64,000 nucleotides of DNA from Seison nebaliae (Eukaryota). A program made the translations under genes and the position numbers. The stretch is from NCBI GenBank assembly GCA_023231475.1, contig JALJEE010002534.1, positions 1 to 64,000 on the forward strand. The letters run 5' to 3'. Shown here piece by piece: positions 1 to 12,483 of the stretch. The notes beneath the pieces are model-generated. The model made no database searches, was not told the DNA's origin, and was given only the letters and a program-made list of their open reading frames with translations. Within the stretch, counting starts at the first letter, position 1. Every line of letters starts with the position of its first letter.

Positions 1-975
1 TTCGTAAAAGTTGATATCGGTATTGAGAAATTACGTATTGCAGGTGTGGACGAATGTTGTTTACACTGCACCAAACTACTATCGAAAGATTCCACTGGTC
101 GAATAAAAATAAATGGGCAAATTGGAAACGAATATGTAATCAATAAAGGTGTACATCAAGGTTCCATCCTCGCCCCTTGGATATTTGGGAAAATACTTGA
201 CGATGTAATAATTCCTTGCAATAACCAATTCTCTTTTTCATTGGAAAATTATAATTATCCTGCAGTTCTTGCATATGCTGATGATATAGTCATCCTCGTA
301 ACCTCATCAAAAAACCTGAAAACGGTTTATGAGGTAGTAGTGAGAAGAATGAGCCAGTGCGGAATTGAATGTAATGCCAGAAAGTCCAAAGTCATAACTA
401 ATCGAACCATTCTACCTCGTTATTCGGAACTTCGTGAAATAGTTTATAATGATCTCATTTTCCTCGGATGTAGAATCGATAATCGTTTGAAGTCTTCATC
501 GTCCATTGACAAAATCAGATCCAAATTTATCCGAGCGTTTTATTCCTTTCACCATCGATTTAATGTACCGTGTACATTCTGCACGGATTTTTATGGAATT
601 CAGGCATCTATCTCATTTTCCATACAGTCCATAACCTCTATGGATAGAGCATACAATCGGTGCTGCCGCATCTTACTCGGATGTAAACGTCCCTTTAATC
701 GAGAATTTATGTTCTGCCTAATGGGCATCTCTTCTTTCCCATTCCTAATCGTTAAGAGGTATTTGTCAATCGTTTCCGATATTAACATATCTTCTTTACC
801 TCAACAATTGTGTGAACAATTCAACAGTCCTGCAAAATATTTCTGTCAATATTATGCTTTATTATATCCCACCTCTACGGAAGATTTGGAAGCTTTAGTT
901 AACAATTTTAGTCTCGAATCATTCATTCCTATTCATCTGAGGGATGAATCGATCGAACATCCCTGAAAAAAAATA
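1..975 (+). mobile_element. Non-LTR retrotransposon (LINE) reverse transcriptase, 3' part, probably decayed
   Basis: ORF 46-966 has RT motifs GVHQGSILAPWIF, LAYADDIV, GIECNARKSKV and FLG; an A-rich run follows the stop. Confidence 0.85.
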
Positions 976-1812
976 TATATAAAAGTTTTATAAAAATTGA
1001 AATTCTTAAAACTCACAAAATATAGAAACTATTTTTATTAATCATTATTAATTTCTCATTTGTTTAATGTAATTGAAATTAAAAGAACGATTTCATAATA
1101 TGCGAGGGAACTGAATTCCTATGAAAAATACTTTGTTAATGCATGAAAATTTTAATAATTTTTAAAAGCATTTTCAGTATCTTAAAAAGTTTGAACAGGA
1201 TTATTTTATGATATGAACTTTTAGAAAAGACATCTAATTAACCGGAAGCTATGATCAGTTTTATGAAACCTAAAAAGTGAGAGATTATTTTAAATTTTTA
1301 TTCTATAAAACTATGAATTTTCAAGTTAAAAAGATTTCATGTGAAAATTTCAAATTAGAAGAAAGTTGAAAGATATTTAATATAATATCGTTGAAAAAGA
1401 TTAAAATGATCATCATGGAAGGAATATGAGGGATAATGGTGATACATTTTCTCCGAAGTAATATTCTTATAATCGATATCGATACAAATTAATAAATAAA
1501 TAAATTTTCAATTATTTTTAAGAAAAGAGGTGAGTTGAACATTTAGTTTTGTACTTGATAAATAAATGGGGAAATGAAATAAATTTGAAATTTAATGGTT
1601 ATCGACATTGTGGTGAAGCTTAATACTAAAACGATAAATTATTTCATTGGATAAGAGATTGATTGGTGAGTAGTGAGGGTAATTTCCATTTCTCGTGAAT
1701 TCGGTTGCTTAGCCCAAACGTAAACAAAAATACAGAGGAGACTGTTTGTAAAAACGATATTTGAAGTGAACGAGAAAATTTATAAAGAAAGTCAATTTCG
1801 TCATTTTCCACA

Positions 1813-3173
1813 ATGGCCAATCGTTATCGAAGTGAGGATCGTTCATCATATGGCAGTTCGTCGAGAAGTTATTCACATTCGCCTCCTCGACGTCACGACA
1901 ATTCGGGTACTCGCGTGTACATTGGCGAGATTGGCGATCAGGTCTCCAAACGAGAATTGCGAGATCATTTCGAGAAGATCGCACCGGTTTATGATTTGTT
2001 CATAGCTCGATATCCCGGCTCGTTCGCTTTCGTCCAATACGAACATTCATCAGCAGCTCGTCGAGCAGTTCGTGAATTGAATTTGAAGTTTTTTTTTTTT
2101 TTTAAATTTTTTTTCAAATTTTAAAAAAAATTGAAATTCTTCGTAGACCGTTGGGACCATATCGACCGGTAGTGGAGATGGCGGTGAGTAAGAGGAACGC
2201 TCCACGACGAAAGAATCCACCATTTAATCCGAACGACAAATGTTTCCGTTGTGGTCAATTGGGCCATTATGCATACGACTGTCGAAAGCAGATGCATTCC
2301 GAGTTATTGTTTTATTCAAATCTTGCCTTATGGCAGTGTCGATGTGTGAGAAAGGAATGAGAGAGGATGTTGTGTTTCACGAAAAATTTATTTTGTTTAT
2401 TTATCTCAGTCTTCCTGAAAGAAATTACGTTTGCGATGATTCATGAATAACGACGAAATCGATTGAGTTTGAGATGTGTCAAGAGCTTCACCACCCATCA
2501 TTCTACACCACCACAATTATTCGCCTACCATTGACGGAGAGAATTAAATGAATTAACTTGACATCCATTCCCTTTGATAGATCAATGGAATTTTTCCTCC
2601 TTTCGTTCCATCGATCGTCTATACTTCTATCCAATATCACATCCGAATCGACAAAACGCGAACTATTTTCCCTCTTAAATAATTCTCCATTTTCCTCAAT
2701 TTTCAGTTTTCATTCACGTCGGACATCAAGAAGCTACTCGAGAAGTCCATCAAGAAGTCGCAGTCGAAGTTACGATCGTCATCGTTATATTCATCGTTCA
2801 TACAGTCGCTCTGTTTCTTCGCGATCAGTTTCATCAGATCGTAGAATTGGAACGACTTATCGATCAAGAGATCGATCGCCATCCTATTGTTCGAACGATA
2901 GTTACGATTCGAGAAATGGTCCGTCTCGTAACGGAGGACGATCCACATATACAAAACAACGAGATCGATATCGACGATCAAGATCAAAATCCGTTTCTTC
3001 CGATTATCGAGCGAACGAAAAATCGCGACGAGATAGTGGACGATCTCCGAGAAATTCGAAAGTTAATTTAAAAATTTATTTTTAAAAAATAATTTTAAAT
3101 TTATTTTCATTTTTAGTATGGTCGACGATCGTCGTCACGATCTTCCTACGAAGTTTCACCACCAAAACGATAA
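1813..3173 (+). CDS. SRSF7: Serine/arginine-rich splicing factor, SRSF7/SRSF3-like (RRM, CCHC zinc knuckle, RS domain); exons 1813-2087, 2147-2302, 2707-3061, 3117-3173
   Basis: RRM motifs (RVYIGEI, FAFVQYE), knuckle [14 protein letters not shown] and RS repeats; three GTT..AG introns join the frames. Confidence 0.85.
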
Positions 3174-3416
3174 GGAATGGGGAAAGGAATGAAGGAATTT
3201 TATTAGAGAAATATTGTTTGTTTTCCTAATGGATTCTCCTCGTCTTCCTCCTCCTCCTCTTTTTCTTCTTTTTACGAGTCAACAAAAAAAAACAATAAAA
3301 ACTCTTTTTCTTTTTGTCATTAATAAAGTTCAAGTTTATAAGAATTGAAAGAACAACAACAACATTTTCTCCTAATTCTTTTTCTTTTTTACCATAAATA
3401 AATTTTCTTCCTTCTC

Positions 3417-5949
3417 TTAATCCTCTTCGATTTCTCTCTTGTACGTCGTCCAGATTGTCTCCGGCGTCTTATGCGGTTTATGACTGGTGAGAAGGATTTC
3501 TTTTAACGAGTCGCTTTTCCGTTCGATCGGTCGTAGATAAGATCGAGGACATGTGAATTCTTCCTCTTTCCTCACCATCTTCTCACCGGAACTTTGTGCA
3601 CGCGGTTTCGCTTTCACTGGTTCCTCATTCCTCTTCATACACGTCTCATCGTCATAATTGGAAATATTGAAACATTTCGGTCTCGCTTTTATCGTCGTCT
3701 TCATGGGAATGGCACCTGGTTCATTCGAATTGAATAATTTCTCATATTGTTCATCGGAAGTCAAAGGCTGAAGAAATTGAAAATTATTAAAAAATATAAA
3801 AATTATTTTAAAATTATTTTAAAATTAATTTAATTTAACTCGTATTCGTTTTAGTGCACTTTTGGGACATGGTGCGACTCGTAACAATTCCTCGACTGAT
3901 TTTTTCGGAGTGGATTCGTGTCGTCGACAAGGTGTCGCTTTGTGAGGTACTAGTCGCGGTAAGGTCGTATTGGCCAATATGGATTGACGTGTCATATCCT
4001 TCAATTCGTCCAGACATTTCTTAGTCTCGTTAGGAGGGAAGAGATCGAGATAATCGTCTTTTCTATCACTGGTTAATCGAATGTAACTACGAGGACAATC
4101 GGCTTGTTTATTCATCAATGGTTCCTCCTCCACCGGAATTGGTATGATTTTCTTTTCTTTTCTCATTGAGTGCGGAGAAGTCCTTGGCAACGGATGTAAT
4201 TGATGATGCACTTGAATGGGATGAATGTGACGTGGTGGCGCTTTCGTCATTTCATATTCGACTCGTTTACGATAAGCTTTTTCCGCTTCTTCCATACACT
4301 CGAATTCTAATACTCGTTTACGATCCAACTAAGAGAACATTTTTTTAAATTTATATTATTTAATATTAAATTATTTATAATTAAATTAACATCATTTTCT
4401 CGTTCAATTTTGAATTTCATTTGTTCCTCCAGATCTTTTCGCGTTTGCATTTTCTTTCGACATAATTCATTTCTCTCCAAAATCTCTTGTTCTTTCAACA
4501 AATTAATTCGTTCCATTTCCAATTGTAAGAATTTCTCACTCTCTTCCTTCTCTTTCTCCTTCATTAAATCTACGAAAAAGAAATTTAAAAAATTATTCGA
4601 TCAATTGTTAACTTTTGTCTCGCATTTGCATTCGTCGTCCGCAGACAACATCTTCCATTAAGTCGTATCGCTTTTGCGCGTCCTTCTCATGAAGTTTCCG
4701 TTGCTTTTCCGTTTTCTTCTCAATCTCCTTCAACATCTCTTCATCAATTATCTGTTCGTCTTCCTCTTTCAATTTGTCCGCATAAGCTTTCCAAGCATTG
4801 AACCGTTGAGTTTCGTAGCGCATTTCCAATTTCCTCAATTTACTCTCCTCCGTTTCTCTACTGAATTTAGAGAGTGCATTGTCTAACACGTGAGCGTCGA
4901 GCGCATTATTTTTCGCTCGTGTCCTCTCGTTTATCTGTTTCTTCACGTCCATCTGATATTGGAGTTCATTCCGCCAATATTCCTGTTTCCTCAATTTTTC
5001 CTCGTACAATTTCGCTTTCTCCAATTCCGCTTTCGCCATCTCCTCTCGCACTTCCTTCCCCATCTCTTTCACCAACTCCACTTGACCCAATCGCTCTTCG
5101 TCCAATTGGACGACACGTTCTTTCAACTCTTTCGATGTCTCTTTTGCTGCCGTTCTCCGATTTTTTTCACTTTCAGCCTCTTTCAATCCCTTCACTTCAT
5201 AATCGTCCATGTACAATTGATGGAAGATTTTGTCTCGTTCTTTCTCCTCTTGTCGTTTCTCCACATTCTCCCTCATTTGCAATTCATGTTCTTCTCCCAA
5301 AAATTTCCGTCGTTCATTTATCTTATACTCTCGATATTCTCCACAATCACGTCTAAATTTAAATTATAAATAAATTAATATAATAAATAAATAAATTATA
5401 ATAATAATAATAATGAAAGATGTTCTAACAGAAACATTTGTTGCATTTTCTCAGCGATCCATTTCTCTTTATGTTGTTTTCGTGCCGATCTGATTTTCTC
5501 AACTTTCCTCTTCAATTCATCAATACGAGAAGTGGCCGCTGTCGGTTGTTGTTCCAGTTCGGCGAAGTATTCACGTCGCTCCTCCTCTAACAATCGTCGT
5601 AATTTCTCCCGTTTCATGTCGATACTCTTCGAATGACTATCCATCATCATGTCCACTTGAGAATAAAGATGAGTTTGATCTTTTCGCATTTGATTCATCT
5701 TGTCTTCCTGTTGAATACCCAGTAGATGGATATTGTCTTCCTTCAATCTTTGCTCATTCTTGCGTCGTTGTTCTTCATGTGCCGCCGCTGTACTCGCTAC
5801 GTGTTTGGTGGGGAGAGTCCGGAATTTCTGAACCTTTTATGTAAAATTTTTTTTGTAGTTTAATTTCAAAATTTTTAAAATTTAAATTTCTCAATAACTG
5901 TCCCACAAGCGGAGAATGATGTTTTATTCTTGTTCACCAACATGCTCAT
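3417..5949 (-). CDS. CFAP53: Cilia- and flagella-associated protein 53 (CCDC11)-like coiled-coil protein with an extra C-terminal region; introns 5834-5898, 5353-5429, 4570-4612, 4329-4390, 3768-3839
   Basis: KREKLRRLLEEERREYFAEL and WIAEKMQQMFLRDCGEYR resemble CFAP53; E/K/R-rich TPH-type coiled coil; five GTT introns keep the frame. Confidence 0.7.
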
Positions 5950-6208
5950 TCCGATCGTTTATTTCTACGAGTTTTCAACTTGATTTAGTAGATTCAAAAA
6001 TTTTTTCTTCTAATAATTTTTTATGTTGACAGTAGACGATTGTTTATATTTGCATGGAAACAATATGATCGAAATTAAACAAAAGCACAACTCTCTTCTC
6101 CGCCTCCTTTCGACGTGATTAATTCACAAACACTTTTTCCAATTCCTCAAATTCTTAGCCGAAACTCAAATAATAATCTGAGGTAAATTTATTTTAAAAA
6201 TCTAAAAT

Positions 6209-7483
6209 ATGATATCTCGATTCACTTCAAACATTTTCCGCACTTCCAAATTAGCGTTAGTGTCATTGAGTCGTTCCTCTCATGGTGCCGTATTCACCGT
6301 TATTATTCCATTTCAACGTTATTCATTTATCGTCCTTTCAGCATATTCCATCCACACACGACAACACAAAATTTGTGTTTTCACCTGAAAATCTAAATTT
6401 CGCTAACAGCGTCATCAAATGTTATCCCGATGGTTATGAGGCGGCAGCTGTCCTTCCTTTACTCGATTTGGCTCAACGTCAGAATGATGGATGGCTCTCC
6501 TTGCCAGCCATGCATTACGTTGCCAATCTGTTGAAAATGGAACGAATGAGAGTCTATGAAGTCGCCACATTTTACACCATGTTTAATCGACAACCTATCG
6601 GCAAATATCATATTCAACTTTGTACCACCACTCCATGCTGGTTGAGAGACAGCGATTCCATCATGGAAACTATTACAACGGAATTAGGTTCTCTTTTCTT
6701 CCTTAAATAATTCTTTCAAAAATATTTCTTTTTTATTTTATAAAATTTCCCAATTTTAATTTCCGTTCAATTTCCCAAAATTAATTTTTTTATTTTTCAT
6801 AAATTCTTTCAAACTTTCTTTTATTTTTCGTCAATTTTTCAAAATTTTTTTTTTAATTTTTCGTAAATTTTTCAAAATTTTTTTTTAATTTTTCGTAAAT
6901 TTTTCAAAATTTTTTTTTAAATTTTCGTAAATTTTTCAAAATTTTTTTTTAAATTTTCGTTTAATTTTTCTTCAATTTTTTTAATTTTCGCAAATTCTTC
7001 CAAAATATTTTCAAAACTTTTTTGAGAACTTCCTCCATAATCTTCGAAGAGTTGTGAATTTACTATTCTGGAACGAACTAATGATTTATTTTCGTTTTAG
7101 GAATATCAGTTGGAGAAACGACGAAGGATAATTTGTTCACTTTGAGTGAAGTTGAATGTCTGGGCGCGTGTGTAAATGCGCCCATGTTCGCCATCAACGA
7201 CGACTACTACGTTAAAATTATTAATTGTCAATTTTATTTTATTAGAAGTTGTGTAGGAAGATCTATCGCCGCAGGACGTGAAGGAAATCATCGAATCATT
7301 GAAATCGAACAAGAAACCGAAAATCGGTCCAAAGTTTTAAGATTTTGTTTTTAGAAGTGAGGGAGATGAACTAAAATGTTTATTTACAGGAATGGTCGTC
7401 TTTGTGCGGAACCGGTGAATGGTTTGACCAGTCTCACCTCTCCTCCAAAAGAGAAAGGATTTGGTATCCGCGCTGATTTATAA
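6209..7483 (+). CDS. NDUFV2: NADH dehydrogenase [ubiquinone] flavoprotein 2 (24 kDa subunit); introns 6299-6341, 6688-7100, 7211-7256, 7334-7389
   Basis: [31 protein letters not shown] and [12 protein letters not shown] (2Fe-2S ligands); N-terminal transit-like peptide. Confidence 0.97.
6820..6990. repeat. Intronic tandem repeat, about 28-bp unit (ttttcgtaaatttttcaaaattttttttta)
   Basis: Four to five imperfect copies inside NDUFV2 intron 2. Confidence 0.8.
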
Positions 7484-7531
7484 TTTATATCTAGACAACA
7501 ATGAGATGATTTTATAAAGTATTTTCTTTTC

Positions 7532-9367
7532 TCAAATGTAATTCAAATTTTCGTCGTTTTCGTCGTTGGAATCTTCGTCTTCTTCATCGTCATCGTCAGG
7601 ATTTTCCTCTTCCTCTTTCACTTCTTTCAGAGGATGAAGTGAGTGATTTGATTTGATGCGACTCCGATAATATTTGGTATGAGGATAATTTTTATTGTTA
7701 TTACATTTCGTCTCTTCGTTTGTTATCGGTTCTTTTTCCTTCACTTTCAATCGTGGTGCTTTCGCATAAACATTCTTAATTTTCGATGCTGGTGGTCGTT
7801 GTTCTTTCCGATAATTCGATTTTCTCTTATTCTTATCATTATCTTCATTTTTCTCATCGATCACTTCTGATATGATTTCCTCTTGAACAATTGTACCTTT
7901 CTCGATCATCCAACGACATTTCTCACAATCTCTCTCGATTTCTTTGCTATTACGATCGATCATCTTTCCCACCTCATAATCGCCAAGTGCTGATAAAGAA
8001 TGTAAATTTGAAATATTTGAATGACATGAAGGAACCTTCAGCAAATAATTCGAGTTTCATAAACGCTCCACCTCGTCGTAAATGACATTTGAGACGTTGA
8101 TTTTCATTCGATTTGACTTTCGGTTTTAACAATTCTAAAGACTAAAAAAAGAAGAAAAAATAAAGTGGAGACAGAAAAGGAAACTTTGCTACAATCTTCG
8201 ATACATTTCATTAAATTACCCACTCTATAATGACATAATGATCGATTGGAATAAATGGAATATTCGTTGGGAAATATGCGAATACAATGTCCATATAATC
8301 CGATCGCACTCTGATAATCTTCATTGTCAATAAAGAATCTTTTCATTAAATTTAAATTAATAATATAATAAATAAAAAAAATAGAACTTTGCTTTCGATT
8401 TCAACCAATTCAAATTCTTCTCATTCTCACTAAACTCGTCGTCATTAATGAGATCAGTTAACGCCTTCCTACCTTCCATTTGCGCCGCCAACCATTTATT
8501 CTCTTGATCGACATATGTGTCCCGTAACGGGGTTGGGAAAGGTCGACGAGTAAATTTGGTTTGAATTGATTGAAAATTTCTTACTGAAGTAATCTCGTCA
8601 ACCAAATCATTTTTCTTCTCTCGTTCTCCTTCTCGATTGGAATTTGAATTTTCCTTTTTAACATCACTCGTCATGGTTAGAGCTTGTTGATGGTTCAGTA
8701 TATTCGCTAATTCCTTTCCCAATCAAATGAAGTTTTAAGTTGAGAAATAAAAGAAAAACTTTTTCTCCTTTGGAGAAATGTTGAGCTAAATCAAAATTCT
8801 CACTATTCTCCTCCTCAATTATCACTTTGAACGATTTACCATTCTCCAAATTCTCCATAAATTTCCCTTTAATTTCCATCTTTTCATCTTCGATTCGTTG
8901 GCGATTAGTCGATTCAATTGTCATTTGTTGTTTTAATGTAAATTTCCGATTCTCTTCACGAATCGCCGAGATGTTCTCTAAATTATTTTTAGTTTCTTCC
9001 TCCAAAAATTGAAGGGCCTCCTCTTTCAGTCGTTTCTTGTTGAATGTGTTTGTCCGATGAAGATGTTTCCATTCCTCCGCCAAATTCTCTTTCATCAACT
9101 TCACAACGATTTGACCACGTTCCGGAATGGTGATGTTAGATTGTCGATGATCGATTGAAGATGATGGAAACAATTCATAAAGATATGTAGCTTGTGAGAT
9201 CTGAATTAAGAAGTAGATTAGTTGAAAAGAAGGACAATTTTATTTTTTCCAACTTTGAGATAGTTCGGTGTGAGAATGATGTCCAAGTTACCCGTTTGTG
9301 GGAAGTGGATAAATATCTCTAAGAATTCTCCATGGTCCACCCATCGATCTTCACCAATTATTATCAT
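7532..9367 (-). CDS. DNAAF4: Dynein axonemal assembly factor 4 (DYX1C1): CS domain, coiled coil, TPRs; introns 9201-9253, 8714-8759, 8339-8387, 8142-8184, 7990-8035
   Basis: FTRRPFPTPLRD, YSNRSLCH..CIEDCSK|SLELL and HLRRGGAF..LELFAE|ALGDYE match DYX1C1 motifs. Confidence 0.9.
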
Positions 9368-10369
9368 TTCAACGATCGTTAATTTTTTGTCCTAGAAACC
9401 GAATAATGTTCATACCCATCCTTAACATTCCACAATGTATCAAATGACATATTTCTCTTTTATTCCTCGTCTAAATATGTAGCTTTCATTCCATCAATTC
9501 ATTTGACTCTCATTTATTTAACTTAATTTATTCATTAACTAATCTAATTCCATCTCAATCTTATCGCGCAAAAACGAATGGAAATTAAGGAATTTTCGAA
9601 AGATAACTTTTGTCAAATTTCCTTCAATTCCTTTATATTTTAATATCTAATTATTTAATTATACCTATTTGATCTTTTAACATGTAATGTAATGAGGGAA
9701 ATCATTCATTTCTGGATTAAAATTTTAACTTGAAAATTTTTTTGACCATCAAATTTGGATAAGTAATAAAAAATGGACAGCAATAAATAGAAATTGAATT
9801 TTTTGAAAAAAAAATTTAAAAAAATTCAAATTCTTTCTTAAAATTTTTTAAGTAATATTTAATTTGTTAAGAAGAGAATTTTATAGTCTTTCGAATGAAC
9901 TCTACAACGTTAATTTTAAATGAGCAGAAATCCCTTAAATTCTTATTTTCTTTGAATAAAAATCAATTCCATAAAATTAAATTATTTCATTTTAATAATA
10001 ATAATAATTTTCTCTAATCAAATCCAACAGAAAAATTAATTTATTAACAGAAAACTAGAAAATAATGTAATTAGGTAATGATAATAATAAATAATGTAGT
10101 TGTTCGATATATCTTCTGAAATAAGAACAGTAGCCATATCGAAGAATATTTCTTCTTAATTTTTTAGTTTTACATTCCTATTTAATTTATTTCACGATAT
10201 TTTAATAAATGATGTTGCAACATTTCATCGTTGTCATTTGTTACAAATCAACATGATTGACGAAACTCTACAAATTAAATTTTATTCATATTTTATATAA
10301 AATAATTCAGTGAAATTGAGAATTAGTTGGGAAATTTTACAATTGAAATTTAAAAAGGAAAAAATTGTC

Positions 10370-11638
10370 ATGTCGAAATTTCTGTACCAGTATATTATAA
10401 AACGTCCATTAGATTATTTCGTTCAATGTCAACCAGTAAAGGACAGAGATGATTTGTTGGAAGAAAAAAAAGTTTACATCGAACAGTTCCAATATTGGCC
10501 AAGATTGGTAACTGAGAAGATTCTACTTCATCTCGATTGGGAAACGTTAAATTGTTTAGATGTCAATTCAACGTCGTTGTTAGAAGATGATGAATTTTGG
10601 AAAAAGAAATTATTTTTCGATTTAACTCGAATGTTCCAATTCACTCATCAAACATCTCCATATGAGATGGAAGAGAACATTAATGAAAATAAAAAACTTT
10701 ATAAATTCTGTTATAAGACATATTGGAGAGATGAAGGTGATAAATGTGGAAATTTTTTATTAATCGGAAATGGTTTAACTCGATCAAATTATTCGATCGC
10801 GAGCAAATTGATAAATGTTGATTCGTTACCAATGAATAATATGCTCACATCTAAATTGATTAAAGGGAAATCATATGGAATAACAGTATGTTTTTCAACA
10901 AACGCTAAAACTAGAAAAGAACGATTAGCGAATGTCGAAAGAAATTTTCATTTTCGATCGATTGAAAGCAATTTAAATTATTTATCAATTCTAATTGATT
11001 ATATTCGAATTCTTCTCACTGACGTCTCAGTTATCCATCAATCGGTTTATGGATCAAAATCTCTTCCTATTTATCTCCTCAATTTCGACGTGGAAATTCA
11101 TGAAGAAATTTATTGGTTCGAAAAAGAATTTCTCAATTATTTCCTCAAATTATATGACGATCGATATACTTATCATTTTCCTTTATTAATCTGTTGTCTT
11201 TATCATCCAAACAAAATGTTGGGAACTACTTTATTTAATTTATTACGAATATTTAATAATAATCGAACAACACAATCAATTAATGAATTGTATGACTTAA
11301 TCATTAAATTTCATGAGAATTATTTAACAAAATATCGTCAGCTCAAATTGGAATTGATTAAGGATGAAATATTTATAAATCTTCCTGATGATTCGAAGGA
11401 GGCATATGTCATCTCCAAATTCAAGCAACTTTCTCCAATATCTGATGAGAATAAATTCACAATGGAAAAAGAATTAAATCAATGGAAGAATAAACAGATA
11501 AATGTAAATTTATGGAGAAATAGATTGTGGAGAATGAGAATTTTAGATATTACAAATCAAAACGAGTTTGAAGAGTTCATTGAAATTTATTTGGATGGAA
11601 AAAATTCTCGACATGTTCGTGCATTATCTTCACATTAA
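10370..11638 (+). CDS. FBXO4: F-box only protein 4-like, intronless
   Basis: F-box (WPRLVTEKILLHLDWETL..DDEFWKK..DL), then IGNGL..SIASKLI, KGKSYGITV, KTRKER and PLLICC, which resemble the FBXO4 substrate-binding domain. Confidence 0.65.
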   Translation: MSKFLYQYIIKRPLDYFVQCQPVKDRDDLLEEKKVYIEQFQYWPRLVTEKILLHLDWETLNCLDVNSTSLLEDDEFWKKKLFFDLTRMFQFTHQTSPYEMEENINENKKLYKFCYKTYWRDEGDKCGNFLLIGNGLTRSNYSIASKLINVDSLPMNNMLTSKLIKGKSYGITVCFSTNAKTRKERLANVERNFHFRSIESNLNYLSILIDYIRILLTDVSVIHQSVYGSKSLPIYLLNFDVEIHEEIYWFEKEFLNYFLKLYDDRYTYHFPLLICCLYHPNKMLGTTLFNLLRIFNNNRTTQSINELYDLIIKFHENYLTKYRQLKLELIKDEIFINLPDDSKEAYVISKFKQLSPISDENKFTMEKELNQWKNKQINVNLWRNRLWRMRILDITNQNEFEEFIEIYLDGKNSRHVRALSSH

Positions 11639-11699
11639 ATCTATAAGATTTTTGACTATTATTCGACTATTTGACTATGTAAAAGTTTCTTTAATCCCA

Positions 11700-11915
11700 T
11701 TAAATTTTTTTCTTCTTATTATTCTTTCGAAGTTCTTCATTCATTAGATGAAGCTCTTCGTATTATCTCCAATTTCGAGATTACCTCTCTTCTTCCGACT
11801 TATTTACGAGATCAAATCGAAATTGGAAGAAAACTTATTAATGTGTACAGCCAGTTATCTTATTTTCTTTTTAATTTACCCCGAAGGGATTTGATATTAT
11901 AATAATAAAAAAAAA
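11700..11915 (+). mobile_element. 3'-terminal remnant of the LINE family seen at 1-975
   Basis: Translates IISNFEITSLLPTYLRDQ versus LVNNFSLESFIPIHLRDE at the end of ORF 46-966; ends in a (TAA)n/A tail. Confidence 0.5.
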
Positions 11916-12483
11916 TTATTTTAATTTCTATTTTTACCGAGACCTAATTTTTTTCCTTCTCAAAATTAACACATATGTTAAAGTATAACATTCTGTAGAT
12001 TAATAATAATTTTACATGACAAATGTAAAAGATATCCATCCGCCGTTTGACTCCAAAAAATTATGGAGATGGGAAAAATAAGGTTAAAGAGATGTGTACA
12101 TTTTTTTATCCTTATTCCAAGTATTACACCCGGTTTTTGGTCTTCTTTACTCTGTATGTAGATGTAGATATGTATTCTTTATATTAATTTTCATTAGTCG
12201 AATATTTTGTACACGAGATGAAATTGTTATTTGTGATTAATTATCATAATTTCAAATGATAATCGTATGATTTATAATATTATCATAATGATTATACATG
12301 TACATGACATGATGATTAATTATAATTATCTTAATATATCTTATTTGACTGGAGAGAAATGACTGAAAATTTTTACAAGGTCAAGACGGTTGATTAAATA
12401 TAAAATAAATAGCTGAATTACTTTATTTAAATTTATCGATTTGATTAAAATTTTTAGTTTTACACATTTAACCAACGGAAAAC

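Noticed and set aside
4410..5369. Plus-strand ORFs overlapping CFAP53, and similar shadow ORFs elsewhere
   Set aside because: Antisense shadows of E/K/R-rich coding sequence with no recognisable motifs
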